A stretch of DNA of 64,000 nucleotides from Myxococcota bacterium (GTDB lineage Bacteria; Myxococcota_A; Polyangia; Polyangiales; Houyiibacteriaceae): positions 1 to 64,000 of the forward strand of contig JBCCEA010000012.1 of the NCBI GenBank assembly GCA_039030515.1, read 5' to 3'. The position numbers and the translations under genes are program-made. Under the pieces are notes generated by a model. It made no database searches. It was given only the letters and a program-made list of their open reading frames with translations, and had not been told where the DNA came from. How positions within the stretch are numbered: position 1 is the first letter of the stretch; each line of letters opens with the position of its first letter. This document shows, piece by piece, positions 37,170 to 48,300 of the stretch.

Positions 37170-37811
37170 ATGACGGCTTTGGGCTTAACGATCGAACTGA
37201 TCTCGGTGTTCCTGGTGCTGCCGGCTCTATATGCGGCCTACGGCATCGGAAGGATTCCTCTGATCCCCGTGCTTTGGGTGGGGGCACTCGCTTGCATCTC
37301 AATACTTCGCGCCGACGAAACCTTCGATCGCAAGAGTTTGTGGAACGGCTCAGCGATACGTGCGCAACTCAAGCCCATCGCGTTGCGATTTACGATCTGC
37401 TCGGTTTTTGTCGCTTTTTGGGTCGCCTGGTATGCGCCAGAAAAGCTCTTCGACTTTCCCCAACGCTCGCCACTGCTCTGGGGCGGGGTGATGGTCGGCT
37501 ATCCGATCGCCAGCGTGTATGCTCAAGAGATCATTTGGCGGTCATTCTTCTTTCACCGCTATCGAAGCCTGCTCCCCGATCGAAGGGTGCGCATCGCCGC
37601 AAGCGCAGTCGCATTTGGCTATGCGCACATTATCTTTCACAACTGGATCGCCGTCCTTTTTACCCTGATTGGAGGTTGGTTCTTTGCGGCTACATTCGAC
37701 AAAACGCGTTCCACAGCTGCCGCCTGTTTGGACCACGCGCTGCTGGGCTGTCTGATGTTCACCGTAGGACTGGGGACCTACTTTTATTCAGGCGCGGTGC
37801 GCGTTCCGTAG
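37170..37811 (+). CDS. CPBP (CAAX/Abi) family intramembrane protease
   Basis: QEIIWRSF, FGYAH and distal HA motifs; multiple TM segments. Confidence 0.85.
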   Translation: MTALGLTIELISVFLVLPALYAAYGIGRIPLIPVLWVGALACISILRADETFDRKSLWNGSAIRAQLKPIALRFTICSVFVAFWVAWYAPEKLFDFPQRSPLLWGGVMVGYPIASVYAQEIIWRSFFFHRYRSLLPDRRVRIAASAVAFGYAHIIFHNWIAVLFTLIGGWFFAATFDKTRSTAAACLDHALLGCLMFTVGLGTYFYSGAVRVP

Positions 37812-37836
37812 TTGGTTCGCTCACAACACACCTAAA

Positions 37837-37851
37837 CGCAATCAAGTTGCG
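37837..37851. promoter_or_regulatory. Palindrome CGCAA-TCAAG-TTGCG upstream of the TonB-dependent receptor; candidate Fur/Zur-family operator
   Basis: Perfect 5-bp arms about 50 bp upstream of the receptor ATG. Confidence 0.4.
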
Positions 37852-37901
37852 CTAAACCGGCGACGGAGCTACTCGGGCTCGCTATTTCGGAGAGCCGATC
37901 G

Positions 37902-40571
37902 ATGACGCGCAGCGGGCGACGAGAACCTTCAGAGCTCAAAAGCGAGAGAGGCACCGCCTGCTCTTGTGTCCGTTCGATGTGCCTCTGCGTTCGATCGATA
38001 TGCATCGTCGCCGCCGCGAGCTGCCTGACGCAAAATAGCTTGGCCCAAAGTCGCGAAGAGCCAGATCAGACCGAAACTGCACCGGCCGAAACTGCACCGG
38101 CCGAAACTGCACCGGCCAACCAAGATTCTGCATCGACTAGCCAGGAATCTCCAGTGCCGCCGAGTGTCGGTCACTCACAGGTCGCACGTCCGCCCGAAGG
38201 CACCAGCTGCAACGCGGCTATTTTATTTGACGTCCAGCTGAGCGCGACCGGTCGACTGGACTCGGCAGCGGTCGCGCTCGGTGAAGCGCACAGTCAGCCT
38301 TGTGTCGACGCGGCAAGAGAGGCACTCGAGGCATGGCGTTTTCGACCGGCTCGACGAGGATCCGCTCCAATACCGAGTCTCATCCGGGTGTCGGTTCCCA
38401 TCAAACGATCGCTTGAGACCAGGCAAACGCCCCCGAACGCCTCGGTAGATCCATCGGCGTATCCAAGCGCCGAGGGTGAGGCCGCTGTCGAATACGAAGC
38501 GAGCGTCCAAATCGACAGCGCGGGACAAGCGCCAAACGAGTCCAGCGCGTCGAGCGACTATCGAGTGGATCGGGAGATTCTACAGGCAGCCCCGTCTCGA
38601 GAAGGAGCCGAACTCTTGTTGCGCGCTCCGGGAGTATTCGTCGCGCGATCGATGGGAGATGCGGTGGCCCACCGAATCACCTTACGCGGCTTTGACGCCG
38701 ACCACGGCCAAGACATCGAGATTCGCGTGGCGGGACTTCCCATCAACCTGCCGTCCCATATTCACGGTCAGGGGTACGCCGATCTCGGCTTTCTCATCAG
38801 CGAAACGGTCGATGCCCTCCGAGTGACCGAAGGGGTCTTTGCGCCAACCCAAGGCGACTTCGCGGTGGCGGGAACGATCGACATCGATCTCGGCAGTCCA
38901 CTTGAAGGGCTGCGTCTCAAGTCCTCCTACGGATCCTTCCGCACGTTCCGCCAGCTGGCGATGTGGTCGCCGAGTTCCGAAGAGCGCACTCTTGCCGCAG
39001 TCCAGATTCGTACGAGCGATGGATTCGGTGAGAATCGCACAAGTCAAAGTGCAAGCGCGGTCGTTCAATCCGAGTTTGGAACTGGCGATGTGCGTTATCG
39101 TTTCGTCGGCATTGCCTACGGAGTTCGGGGATCTTCCGCCGGAGTGCTTCGAAAAGACGACGTCACAGACGGGGCGGTCGGCTACTACGGCGTTTATCCC
39201 TTTGCCACCGCGCGCGCCCAAAGCGCAAACCAAACTCGGCTCATGCTCGGTTTCGGCGCAGAAGACCTAGACGCAGGCGGCGAGAGAAGCGATTTCTTCG
39301 TCTGGGGCAGCTTCGATATATTTCGACTTCAAGGTAACTGGACGGGCTTTATCGAAAGCTCGAGAACGCTTGAAGACACCTCCGGCCGCGGCGACCTCAT
39401 CGAACAACAAAATCGAACCGCCTCGATGGGCCTTCGGGCAGAACACCGCACCGCCACCCGTGAGCTCCTCGGCGGATGGAACGCGCACGCGGCACTCGGC
39501 CTCACCGGACGTTTCGACTCGATCGAACAGGCTCAGAACCTTCTCGATGCTTCAGTTCGGAATCAGACCTGGGACGAACGCGTCGATGCCGCCATACGAA
39601 TGGGCGATCTCGGCCTGCACGGAGAGGTGGACACCACGCTTTTTGACAGGCTTCGTCTACGCGTGGGTGCCCGCGTCAACGCCCTCTTTTACGACATCGA
39701 CGATCGGCAAGGCAACTTCACCCCACTGACCCGACCAGACGACAGTTTTATTGAGGGGTTCCGACGCTCCGCCTACGGGATCACCTGGGGCCCACGCAGC
39801 AGCCTTTCATGGCAGCTGAGTCCACTGGTCACCGTCATGGCAGGGTACGGGCACGGCTATCGCTCTGCCCAGGCACGCCTCCTTGAGGACGGAGAGCAAG
39901 CGCCGTTTACCACGGTCCGATCCGCAGACTTGGGGATACGTTTGAACTATCAAGATGCGTTCGAGGCCAAGGTTTCCGCCTACCACACGCGTTTGTCCGA
40001 TGACGTGGCCTTCGAAGCCGCAGAGGGCAGACTCGAGCGGATCGGCGCTACCCGCAGGCTGGGTGCGGTCGTCTATCTCAAAGCAACACCTGCGCATTGG
40101 TTTACCGCCGCCGGTTCGCTGACCTATGTAGACGCGGAACTTTTGGAACCTCCACCGGCAACCGCAGAGGAACCGCAACCCAGCTTCCAAAGCGGCGAAA
40201 ACCTCCCCTACGTGCCCCCGATCATGATCCGACTGGACGCTCAAGTCCGCAAACCTCTGAATCCATCTCTTGGTGGTTATCCCCTAGAATTCCAACTTGG
40301 CACCGGCTTCACCTATCTATCTCCTCGGCCCCTACCCTACGGTGAATTTGCGTCTCCCGTGCGCACACTTGATGCGTCCGTGGGCCTAAGCTGGGGGCCG
40401 GTACGCGCGCGTCTCGAGGGCCTCAATCTGCTCGATCGTCGCTATGCGGCCGGCGAATTTAACTACGTATCCAACTGGGATCCGGATGCGACTGCGAGCC
40501 GAACGCCTGCACGCCATTTTTCAGCTGGTCCCCCTCGAAGTCTTATGGGCACCGTGGAGCTTTCCCTATGA
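37902..40571 (+). CDS. TonB-dependent outer-membrane receptor with an N-terminal TonB_C-like domain
   Basis: Signal peptide; TonB_C-like segment (AAREALEAWRFRPARRG); plug LRGFDADHGQD..PINLPSHIHGQGYADL..GDFAVAG; barrel ending NLLDRRY...GPPRSLMGTVELSL. Confidence 0.92.
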   Translation: MTRSGRREPSELKSERGTACSCVRSMCLCVRSICIVAAASCLTQNSLAQSREEPDQTETAPAETAPAETAPANQDSASTSQESPVPPSVGHSQVARPPEGTSCNAAILFDVQLSATGRLDSAAVALGEAHSQPCVDAAREALEAWRFRPARRGSAPIPSLIRVSVPIKRSLETRQTPPNASVDPSAYPSAEGEAAVEYEASVQIDSAGQAPNESSASSDYRVDREILQAAPSREGAELLLRAPGVFVARSMGDAVAHRITLRGFDADHGQDIEIRVAGLPINLPSHIHGQGYADLGFLISETVDALRVTEGVFAPTQGDFAVAGTIDIDLGSPLEGLRLKSSYGSFRTFRQLAMWSPSSEERTLAAVQIRTSDGFGENRTSQSASAVVQSEFGTGDVRYRFVGIAYGVRGSSAGVLRKDDVTDGAVGYYGVYPFATARAQSANQTRLMLGFGAEDLDAGGERSDFFVWGSFDIFRLQGNWTGFIESSRTLEDTSGRGDLIEQQNRTASMGLRAEHRTATRELLGGWNAHAALGLTGRFDSIEQAQNLLDASVRNQTWDERVDAAIRMGDLGLHGEVDTTLFDRLRLRVGARVNALFYDIDDRQGNFTPLTRPDDSFIEGFRRSAYGITWGPRSSLSWQLSPLVTVMAGYGHGYRSAQARLLEDGEQAPFTTVRSADLGIRLNYQDAFEAKVSAYHTRLSDDVAFEAAEGRLERIGATRRLGAVVYLKATPAHWFTAAGSLTYVDAELLEPPPATAEEPQPSFQSGENLPYVPPIMIRLDAQVRKPLNPSLGGYPLEFQLGTGFTYLSPRPLPYGEFASPVRTLDASVGLSWGPVRARLEGLNLLDRRYAAGEFNYVSNWDPDATASRTPARHFSAGPPRSLMGTVELSL
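38071..38117 (+). repeat. Perfect 15-bp tandem repeat x3, in frame (ETAPA)
   Basis: CCGAAACTGCACCGG x3 in the receptor N-terminal linker. Confidence 0.9.
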
Positions 40572-41449
40572 AACCAGGCCTTTGCCCAAGCGCTTTGAAC
40601 GCCGGTCTCGCATGCTGCTTGAGCATTCTACTCGTCAGCGGGTGCATCGAAAGCAGCCAAACGCAAGTCGAGTTTGAACTCGAACTCGTCGGTACTGAGC
40701 GTACAGGCACGTTCGAAGTGCGCGATGGGTGGCGCGTAGAGCTGCAGCAAGCGGACGTGGTCTTCGGACCGCTGTATCTCTGCGCCGGAACGCAGGCAGG
40801 AGACTTCTGCGACAGCGCTCTAGTCGAATTTCTGCAAAGTACGACCGTGAACGCCCTAACACCTACTCCACTGCCGGCTGGACGCATGCGGGGCATTTCA
40901 GGCGTCACGCGCTCTTATATGTACGACCTCGGCTACGTCTCACTGCTCACTCGATCAGAGCCGCTGGTCACCCCGGCAGCTGAGGAACTAGAGGGTTCAG
41001 TGGTCCTACTGGGCGAGGCATCCCGGGACGGCATACGCTTTCCCTTTCAGGCCGAATTAGAGATCTACGTGGAAGACGAAACCGAGCGAGGCATACCCAT
41101 CGTGCGGAGCAGCCTGGGAGACCTAGCGCCTCATCTTATCTCGAATGACGACATCCTGAGCGTCCGTTTTGATCCCTCAAGCTGGCTCTCCACCTCCAAC
41201 TTTGGAACACTGCTCGAGGAATCTACCTGCGAAGGCGGTCACACCATCGGCTGCAGTGGCAATCTGGCGAGCGTTTGTGAAACGTCTCCGATCGAAATCG
41301 TCGACTGCTCCCCAGTTGGTTTTTGTCAAACAGACCTCGGCTGTACCGATATCGCGACGATTCGCGCCGACAGCCAGATGGGACGTGCGATTCGAAACGA
41401 TTTGGTCGCCGGCGTGCGTCCGAGATTCGAATGGAGAATACGGGACTAG
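40568..41449 (+). CDS. Lipoprotein translationally coupled to the TonB receptor, Cys-rich C-terminus
   Basis: Lipobox LVSGC; ATGA overlap with the receptor stop; six Cys in the C-terminal region. Confidence 0.8.
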   Translation: MKPGLCPSALNAGLACCLSILLVSGCIESSQTQVEFELELVGTERTGTFEVRDGWRVELQQADVVFGPLYLCAGTQAGDFCDSALVEFLQSTTVNALTPTPLPAGRMRGISGVTRSYMYDLGYVSLLTRSEPLVTPAAEELEGSVVLLGEASRDGIRFPFQAELEIYVEDETERGIPIVRSSLGDLAPHLISNDDILSVRFDPSSWLSTSNFGTLLEESTCEGGHTIGCSGNLASVCETSPIEIVDCSPVGFCQTDLGCTDIATIRADSQMGRAIRNDLVAGVRPRFEWRIRD

Positions 41450-41715
41450 GCGCACCCAAGTCTGATTCACCCCGGCGGCCAACTCGTGAACAGATGAAAT
41501 CATTGATGTTCCTTCCGCGACCCCCACAATATGACGGCACGGAGCATGGATGGTTCGGACTGGAAGACACGATGATTCCCGGAGTCTTCCATTTCCAAAG
41601 TTGTCCGAGGTCGACCTTCAAGCGTTTGCTGCCGGAAGGCACCGGGTGGTATGCTCTTTCCAGCTACTCAGAGGGCCCAGCATGCCTCCTGGAACGATAA
41701 GGAACTTCGTCTCCC

Positions 41716-42180
41716 GTGAACGCCGATTCGCACGCGACTGAAATTCAGGCTGCCCTCGAGGAAGCCGGTCTTGAAATCTACACGTCCAGCTCTGACGAAA
41801 TCCAGATCGCCGAACGTATTCGACTACACATCATGGATTCCGGAATCCGATTGGTTCTGGGTGACCCTCTGCGCATTCGATTCACCGCACGATGCCAACG
41901 AGCTGATTTTCCTAACGAGAGTGCGGAGACACTCTTCACCAGGGTCCGAGACGTAGTCGGCAAGGCAGCGGGAGATCGTGGCTATGAGGAGACTGGATTT
42001 GCCCAAGTGGAGGTCAAAAACCCGGTCGACGATTCGAAGATCCTCGATGTCTGGCATGAGGTAACCTACGAGAAATCACTGCCTAGCCTGGCTCAGGCGG
42101 TCCCAGAGTTACGCTGGGCACTCAAAGTCGAGAAATATGTCTCTGCTCAAGAGACGCCTACTGCTGAGCTATCGAGTTAG
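41716..42180 (+). CDS. Hypothetical protein
   Basis: 154-aa ORF with protein-like composition and no competing long ORF. Confidence 0.7.
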   Translation: MNADSHATEIQAALEEAGLEIYTSSSDEIQIAERIRLHIMDSGIRLVLGDPLRIRFTARCQRADFPNESAETLFTRVRDVVGKAAGDRGYEETGFAQVEVKNPVDDSKILDVWHEVTYEKSLPSLAQAVPELRWALKVEKYVSAQETPTAELSS

Positions 42181-42221
42181 TCGAGAGAGAGGACGAAGAA
42201 TCCTTCTTGAGTTTGGTACGC

Positions 42222-42449
42222 CTAGGCCACCGAACGGGTAACCTGCTCCGCAAAATGGCCTCTCTGACCTTCCTTCAATACAAAGTTGACCGTTTCACCC
42301 TGCTTTAGTGTTCGAAAGCCGTCTCCCTCGATTTGAGAGTAGTGCACAAAAACATCAGGACCTTCATCGCGTTTGATGAACCCCCATCCCTTTGCATTGT
42401 TGAACCACTTCACCATGCCCATTTCGGTGGCTCCAACTACTTCCGACAT
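42222..42449 (-). CDS. Cold-shock protein (CspA/CspD family)
   Basis: GMVKWFNNAKGWGFI (RNP1), DVFVHYS (RNP2) and GFRTL motifs; ATG 42449 has GGAG upstream. Confidence 0.95.
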   Translation of the reverse strand: MSEVVGATEMGMVKWFNNAKGWGFIKRDEGPDVFVHYSQIEGDGFRTLKQGETVNFVLKEGQRGHFAEQVTRSVA

Positions 42450-42718
42450 CTTCGGTACTCCTCCACTGGTCGGCAGCCTAAAGACCACAGCCGCCGAAAA
42501 ATGGCTCTGAGATCTCGCATCGTAAGCAACTGCAACGACAGAACCTAGTAGAACCCTCTCCAGACAACCGTGAGAACACTATCGTTCGAGTACTCCAGGT
42601 CAAGAAATTGCGGCCGCAACGTTTACAGAAAAGCGTTGTCCGTCCTTGTCGAGAACCCGATGACGTTCGAAACGGAGTGAGCGCACTCGCTGGGTAGCTC
42701 AGCTCCACGGTGAGGTTC

Positions 42719-44605
42719 CTAGAAATGGTTCAGGTCCACTCCAAAGCGCGCAAAAAAACCGCGCAGTTGAGACTCGGATACACCTTCACGAACCACGAGA
42801 AACGCACCGGCTCGCTCCGGATGGAATAGCTCTGCAAAATCAGCGTCCTCTTGAATTTCGCGCCACTCCTCCCCGACCTGAACCAACGCCGAAACCCGGC
42901 GATACGGGGCTTGAACCGTCGACTCCAAACATCGCGCCAGATATTCCTCGGCAGTCGTATCCAGCGGACCGACGAGTTGCCGAACTCTCTCAACGGTGGT
43001 GTCTATATGTTCTCGTCGCTGAAAAGGCTTTCTCGAACCTGGATCTCTAAACTGCAACCAGATGGCTTCATCGGAAACAAAGCACTCCCCAAGCTGAAGA
43101 ACACAAAGCACATCGGAAACTCGGGCCTGCTTTGAAAATCGAATCAAACCTGGTCCCTCAAAGCTCGCAACGCGCGATTCGAGAGCCGGCTCGAATACCT
43201 CTGCATCTCGAACGTTGGCGGCAAGTCGACTTGCCCGCTCGGACTCAGCGCGATCTGTAAAACCGAGCGCCGGCATCGTAAATCGCAGCATACGCAGGAG
43301 GATTTCCTCGAGCTCACGTGGGAACGCCTCGGGCGCGGCTCGCTTTGCGAGCTTAAGAAAACGCTTTGCAGACGTCACCCGAACGTCTCCGAGTACCCAG
43401 TCGACCACGTCTTGATCGCGCACGAAGGCTCCCGCCTCGAATTCCTGAAGAGCCTCGAGCAGCGAGTCACGAAGCACCCCGGATGGCGACGGGATCGAGT
43501 TCAGCCGAGTGCCCGCTCGATGACCATCCTCGGGCTCCCGTCCCTCGTCCCATGCGCCACCTTTGCGCCATACCGCGCGGAGACGCGCACCGACTTCAGA
43601 GATCGTACAGTCTAGTGACGACAACCTCGCTGCACGGGCGATCGAAACGATCAGCTCTGCATGCGCTCCATCGATTTGGAATTCCCGCGCTAGACGTTTG
43701 ATCGCCGTTCGAGGTGCACCCAAGCCGGGTCGAAGCGAGACACCGATCGAGTTCAGTCGGGCAAGAAACACGACGGCGCTTAGACCAGGCTCACGGGCAA
43801 ACTCAGCGCGTTGCGGGTCGAGGTTCAAGGTGCGCACTCGATCTCGAACATGAGCCTGGTGTGCCTTTGCGATCTCTCGACGCGCCCGCCCAGCGTAGCG
43901 ACCAACTTCCTCAGGAAGCGCCCAAACACCTCGATATCGAGGTAGTAGAACGCCCTGCCTCACCAGCGCCCAACTCACGCTGCGTGGGGGCAGTGAGGTC
44001 ACCGAGTAGCGCGCAGGCTCCTTTTCGAGTTCCAAGAGCTCTTCGGTACACAGTTCGCCACCACGTGCTTCGATGGCCATCGCCAACCGCTGCTCCCGAA
44101 CTGACAGGGACTCCATGTGAGACTGAAGACTACGTGTATTCTCAAGCACCATCAGTAGCTGTTCCAGGGCAAGCGCACGCGGCCCTACAGATCGAGTTAG
44201 CGTATCTCGAACCTCACCCTCCAGCGCACTGAGAAGCACCCGGGCCGAACGTGGGTGCTCCGAAGGTGTTGCAGGCAGCTGAACCCGATACGCACTGGGC
44301 ATCACCCAACGCGACTCGACTTCCGGATGAGGAAAGAGCACGTCTGCTTCGATTAAAGCATCCGCTCCTTTTCCAATACTGGACTTATCCAGTCCATAGG
44401 GAGCCTGAAGTAAAGCGTCGACTGCTGCTGCGATCGCAGGGTCTCGGAGATCGAGACTCGAAAGCACGGGCCGGCGAACCAAAGCGCGCGCCGCTTGCTC
44501 GACACGACGAAGCCTCTTCTGGGGGTCCGTCGTGACTGCCTGACGTCGGCACAAGTTCGTGAGGCTTTCTTCGCTCAGGGCTGCGAGAAGATCGACTAGG
44601 TACAT
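42719..44605 (-). CDS. Hypothetical protein, possibly helicase-associated (XPB-partner-like) winged-helix protein
   Basis: 628-aa ORF with repeated L...G.L.P....W.(M/L)P.E/A wHTH-like segments; no Walker motifs. Confidence 0.55.
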   Translation of the reverse strand: MYLVDLLAALSEESLTNLCRRQAVTTDPQKRLRRVEQAARALVRRPVLSSLDLRDPAIAAAVDALLQAPYGLDKSSIGKGADALIEADVLFPHPEVESRWVMPSAYRVQLPATPSEHPRSARVLLSALEGEVRDTLTRSVGPRALALEQLLMVLENTRSLQSHMESLSVREQRLAMAIEARGGELCTEELLELEKEPARYSVTSLPPRSVSWALVRQGVLLPRYRGVWALPEEVGRYAGRARREIAKAHQAHVRDRVRTLNLDPQRAEFAREPGLSAVVFLARLNSIGVSLRPGLGAPRTAIKRLAREFQIDGAHAELIVSIARAARLSSLDCTISEVGARLRAVWRKGGAWDEGREPEDGHRAGTRLNSIPSPSGVLRDSLLEALQEFEAGAFVRDQDVVDWVLGDVRVTSAKRFLKLAKRAAPEAFPRELEEILLRMLRFTMPALGFTDRAESERASRLAANVRDAEVFEPALESRVASFEGPGLIRFSKQARVSDVLCVLQLGECFVSDEAIWLQFRDPGSRKPFQRREHIDTTVERVRQLVGPLDTTAEEYLARCLESTVQAPYRRVSALVQVGEEWREIQEDADFAELFHPERAGAFLVVREGVSESQLRGFFARFGVDLNHF

Positions 44606-44656
44606 GACGAGAACCTTTCTGGGCTTCGCATGCCAAAACCTGCAGAGCGTTTTCTT

Positions 44657-45247
44657 CTAAGGTGCGAGTGTCTCGAGCACGTACACATCGTTGTCGAGCC
44701 GATATCGAGTTCGCTCATGGAGTCGATCGGGGCGATCGGCCCAGAACTCGACAACTTTGGCCGCAACGCGATAGCCCACCCAGTGCGGTGGCCTTGGAAC
44801 CGATTCACCTTCGTACTGTGCCGCAACTTTTCGAACCTGCTTCTCAAGCTCTTCACGTCCGGAAATCACAGAACTCTGGCGACTCGCCCATGCACCGAGT
44901 TGGCTGCCTCGAGACCGGGTTGCGAAATACGCGTCCGACCCCGCGTCATCCATCTTGGACACCTCTCCTTCAACCCGAACTTGTACTCCCGTAGACCACC
45001 AGTGGAAGCAGAGTGCCGCTACTGGATTACTGTCCAATTCTAAACCTTTACGGCTTTTTTCATTGGTAAAAAAAATGAAGCCTTTCGCATCGACCTGCTT
45101 GCAAAGGACGAAACGTACTGAGGGAACTCCATTCGCCGAGGCGGTAGCCAGCGCGCAGCGGATCGCATGTTCTCGGGTTTGCGAGGACTCCGCAAGCGCA
45201 AGTTCGCGTTGAAATCGAGCGATAGGCTCGGGAAGGTTGAAACTCAC
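44657..45247 (-). CDS. pdxH: Pyridoxine/pyridoxamine 5'-phosphate oxidase
   Basis: LATA...PSVRFVLCK, FFTN..SRKG, QVRVEG, SQLGAWASRQS, RPPHW.G and EFW...DRLHER motifs. Confidence 0.96.
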   Translation of the reverse strand: MSFNLPEPIARFQRELALAESSQTREHAIRCALATASANGVPSVRFVLCKQVDAKGFIFFTNEKSRKGLELDSNPVAALCFHWWSTGVQVRVEGEVSKMDDAGSDAYFATRSRGSQLGAWASRQSSVISGREELEKQVRKVAAQYEGESVPRPPHWVGYRVAAKVVEFWADRPDRLHERTRYRLDNDVYVLETLAP

Positions 45248-45378
45248 GGGGAATGTTTGGACCTAATTCCTCTTGAAATCAACCAGCTAGCCACACATCT
45301 ATGCCCTGTTCCCGCATGGCAGGGGCGGCTGCTTCGCATGGAGTTCCTCTGAATGCGTGTTAACTTTGATAGGAAGGT

Positions 45379-48300
45379 TTGATGATCGATCGCTCGGAAG
45401 AGTTGAGGGCCCGGCTTAGGCGCGACCCGGGCGACACGGAAGCGTATCACGCTCTTAAAGCACTCTATCGCGACCAGACAGACTACCCTTCGCTCGTCAA
45501 CTTGATCGAGGGTTGGGCGGCCAAAAGCGTTGACGCAAACGAATCCGCGGAAGCCTTTCACGAGGCAAGTAAAATCGCGGAACAGCAACTTCAAAATCGA
45601 TCGCGCACCACCCAGCTCTTGAGCCGAGCACTTGAGCGCAATCCGCTTCACGGCAAGGCCTGGGGTTCCCTCGTTCGAGTCCACGCCGCAACCGGAGATA
45701 CCCGTCGCATCATCTCCGCCTACGAGCGCCAGATCCGAGCGCTTTCCCAGATTCATGTCGATGAGCAAACCATTGCTCCACTGCATCTCGAGCTCGGTCA
45801 GCTCTGGGAGCAAGGCCTCGAACGAGCAGATCGAGCTATCGAACAGTACCGCCATGCCTTTCAGAAAGATCCCGGGTTGGTGCCTGCATTGTACGCCGCT
45901 CGAGAACTCTATAAGCAGACCGGCAATCTTCACGAAGCCGCTGTACTGTACGATCTGGAAGCGGAGGCCGAACCCGATCCCGACCGTAAACTGGCGCTCC
46001 ATCTGGAGGTCGCCCGTATTCGCTCCGAGGAGCTGAGCGATCTGAGTGGCGCAGAAGAGTCTTTGAGAAGAGCACTCGCACTGTCTCCGGAGGATCTCAG
46101 CGTGATGCACGACATGGTTTCACTGCTCTTGCGCCGCGCAAACGGTGCCGGCAACAATCCGGCGATGGTGCGAGACCGTATGAGCGCGGCCGATCTGCTG
46201 ACTCAAATGGCTACGATGCTGCCTTCGGAGCAAGCGATTGCGTACTGTGAGTCGGCACTGGAGGTGGTCCCGAACCATGATGAAGCGCTGGACCTACTCG
46301 AAGTGCTTGCGACTCATCCGGAGGATCGGCGACGTCTTCCTCATCGATGGGTCGCATACCTAAGGGCGTCTCCGGAAACCTCCAAAGCCGCCGATCGAAG
46401 AGTTCAGCTTGGCCAAGCCTATGTACAGGCTGGGCAACCTCAGGACGCCATCGACTGCCTCGAGCTTCTTCTTGAAGTCGGCAATCCCCAGGCTGCAAAA
46501 GTACTTGTGGGAGCCTACCAAACGCTAGAGCGCGAGACCGACGCCGCCAATGCACTTGCGGTTTCTGCACAAGAACTGATTCCGGAGGAACGCATTCCGC
46601 TTGTGCGGGAGGCGATGCATCTGTTGCGACAAGCCGAGAACGACAAAGAGGCCAGCAAACGTGCTCACGAACTGCTCACCCTGGTCCCCCACGATGAGGA
46701 AGCGCTTGCTTATCTCCAGGATGAATGCCGCACACCAGGAGACAAAAGCCAGCTACACCATGTCATCGAGAATGCAATATCCTCCTGGCAACTGGTGCTC
46801 CATAGAGATCCTGCGAACCAGGGCGCTTTTGAATCCTTGGGTGCGCTTTTGGAACAGCAGGAGCAGTGGGACCAATTGGCGTACATGCTGGGTCAACAGG
46901 CACTCGCGGCTACGGACCTCGATACGAAAGCCAAAGTATACCGACGCCTCGCTTCCATTCATTTGACGCAACGCTCGGATCCTCACGAAGCCTCGGTCGT
47001 TCTCCGCAAACTCCGCAAGCTTCTGCCCCACGACGACGAGGTACGAACCGCACTATCTGAAGCGCTCCTCAAATCTGGAGCGACCGCCGACGTAGCCTCA
47101 CTTCTCCAAGAACAAATCGACGCGGAACACGAACCTGAACGGCGGGCCGAACTACGTCGTATTCTTGCGGAGCACTTGGAGCGAGAACTCGATCAGGACA
47201 CCGAAGCTTTTGCGGTGGCGTCTCAGATTCTGGCCGATCTCCCAAACGACGAAGATGCGCTGAAGCGTATGGAGCGAATCGACGCCCGTCTCGGCAATTA
47301 TGAGCGACTCGTCGACACGCTTTCCTATCGAGCGAAGAGTGCAGATGGAGAGACTCAAATCGAACTCTATTCCGCCATCGGCGTCTTGGCGGAGGAGCAC
47401 CTCAAAGAGCCAGAGCGTGCGATCGACGCCTATCAGCGGGTGCTCGAACTTGATCCCGATCACGACCCGAGTATCGAGGCACTCGACGCACTTCTCGAGC
47501 GCGCTGGCCGGTACCGAGAACTCATCATGGTCCTGCAAGATCGTGCGGAACGTGAGGACAACGCTGAAGTGCGCAGCACGCTGTATCATCGAATCGCCTC
47601 GATCATGAGACATGGAACGGGTGACGAAGAAGCGGCCGCGAGTACCTACCGGAAGCTTCTCGCGATTCGAGGCGATGAGGAAGCCCTGCGCTACCTCGCC
47701 GATCTTGCTCGAAGAAGACAACAGTGGCCGGAACTGGTGCGTTACGGAGGGGAACTTGTCGACCACCTAAACTCCTCTGAAGAGGCTACCGATCTTCTTT
47801 TCGAAATCGCCACGGTCTACATTGAGAAACTGGAGCAACCCCGGTTGGGCGTCGAGAAACTCCGAATACTCGTCAACGAATTGGATTCTGGTCATCAAGA
47901 GGCACTAGCGCTCATGGTGAACACTGGAGAAGATCTCGAAGATTCAGTCACGATCTCGGAAGCACTTTCCAAGCAGCTCAGCATCACCGACGACCCGAGT
48001 CTGCGCGTTCCCATCGCCAAGCGATTGGCACAGGTCTACGAAAAAGAACTGAGAGACACGCCGAGCGCGATCGAAGCTCTCTTCGCCTGGGTCGATGCAG
48101 ACGTCACGGCGCCTGAACCCCATCGACAACTCGTCCCGCTACTCGAGTCGGAAGCGCGCTGGGAAGAACTTCGAGGAAGCTTCGACATCCTCTGTGCATT
48201 GGAGGTAGACGGGCCTGCGATAGCACGCTGGGTTCAAAGATCCGCAGAGTTATGTGTACGACTTGGAGACGTGGATGGTGCTTGGGAGCGTCTGCGCGTC

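Noticed and set aside
37133..37855. 240-aa alternative-frame ORF
   Set aside because: It overlaps the CPBP protease frame, which has the family motifs.
41450..41715. Small gene between the lipoprotein and the 41716 ORF
   Set aside because: Candidate frames are short or overlap neighbours and lack protein-like features.
42490..42718. tRNA or structured ncRNA upstream of the cold-shock gene
   Set aside because: Only short hairpins (e.g. GAGTGAGCGCACTC), with no cloverleaf or recognisable family. Probably a promoter and long 5' UTR.
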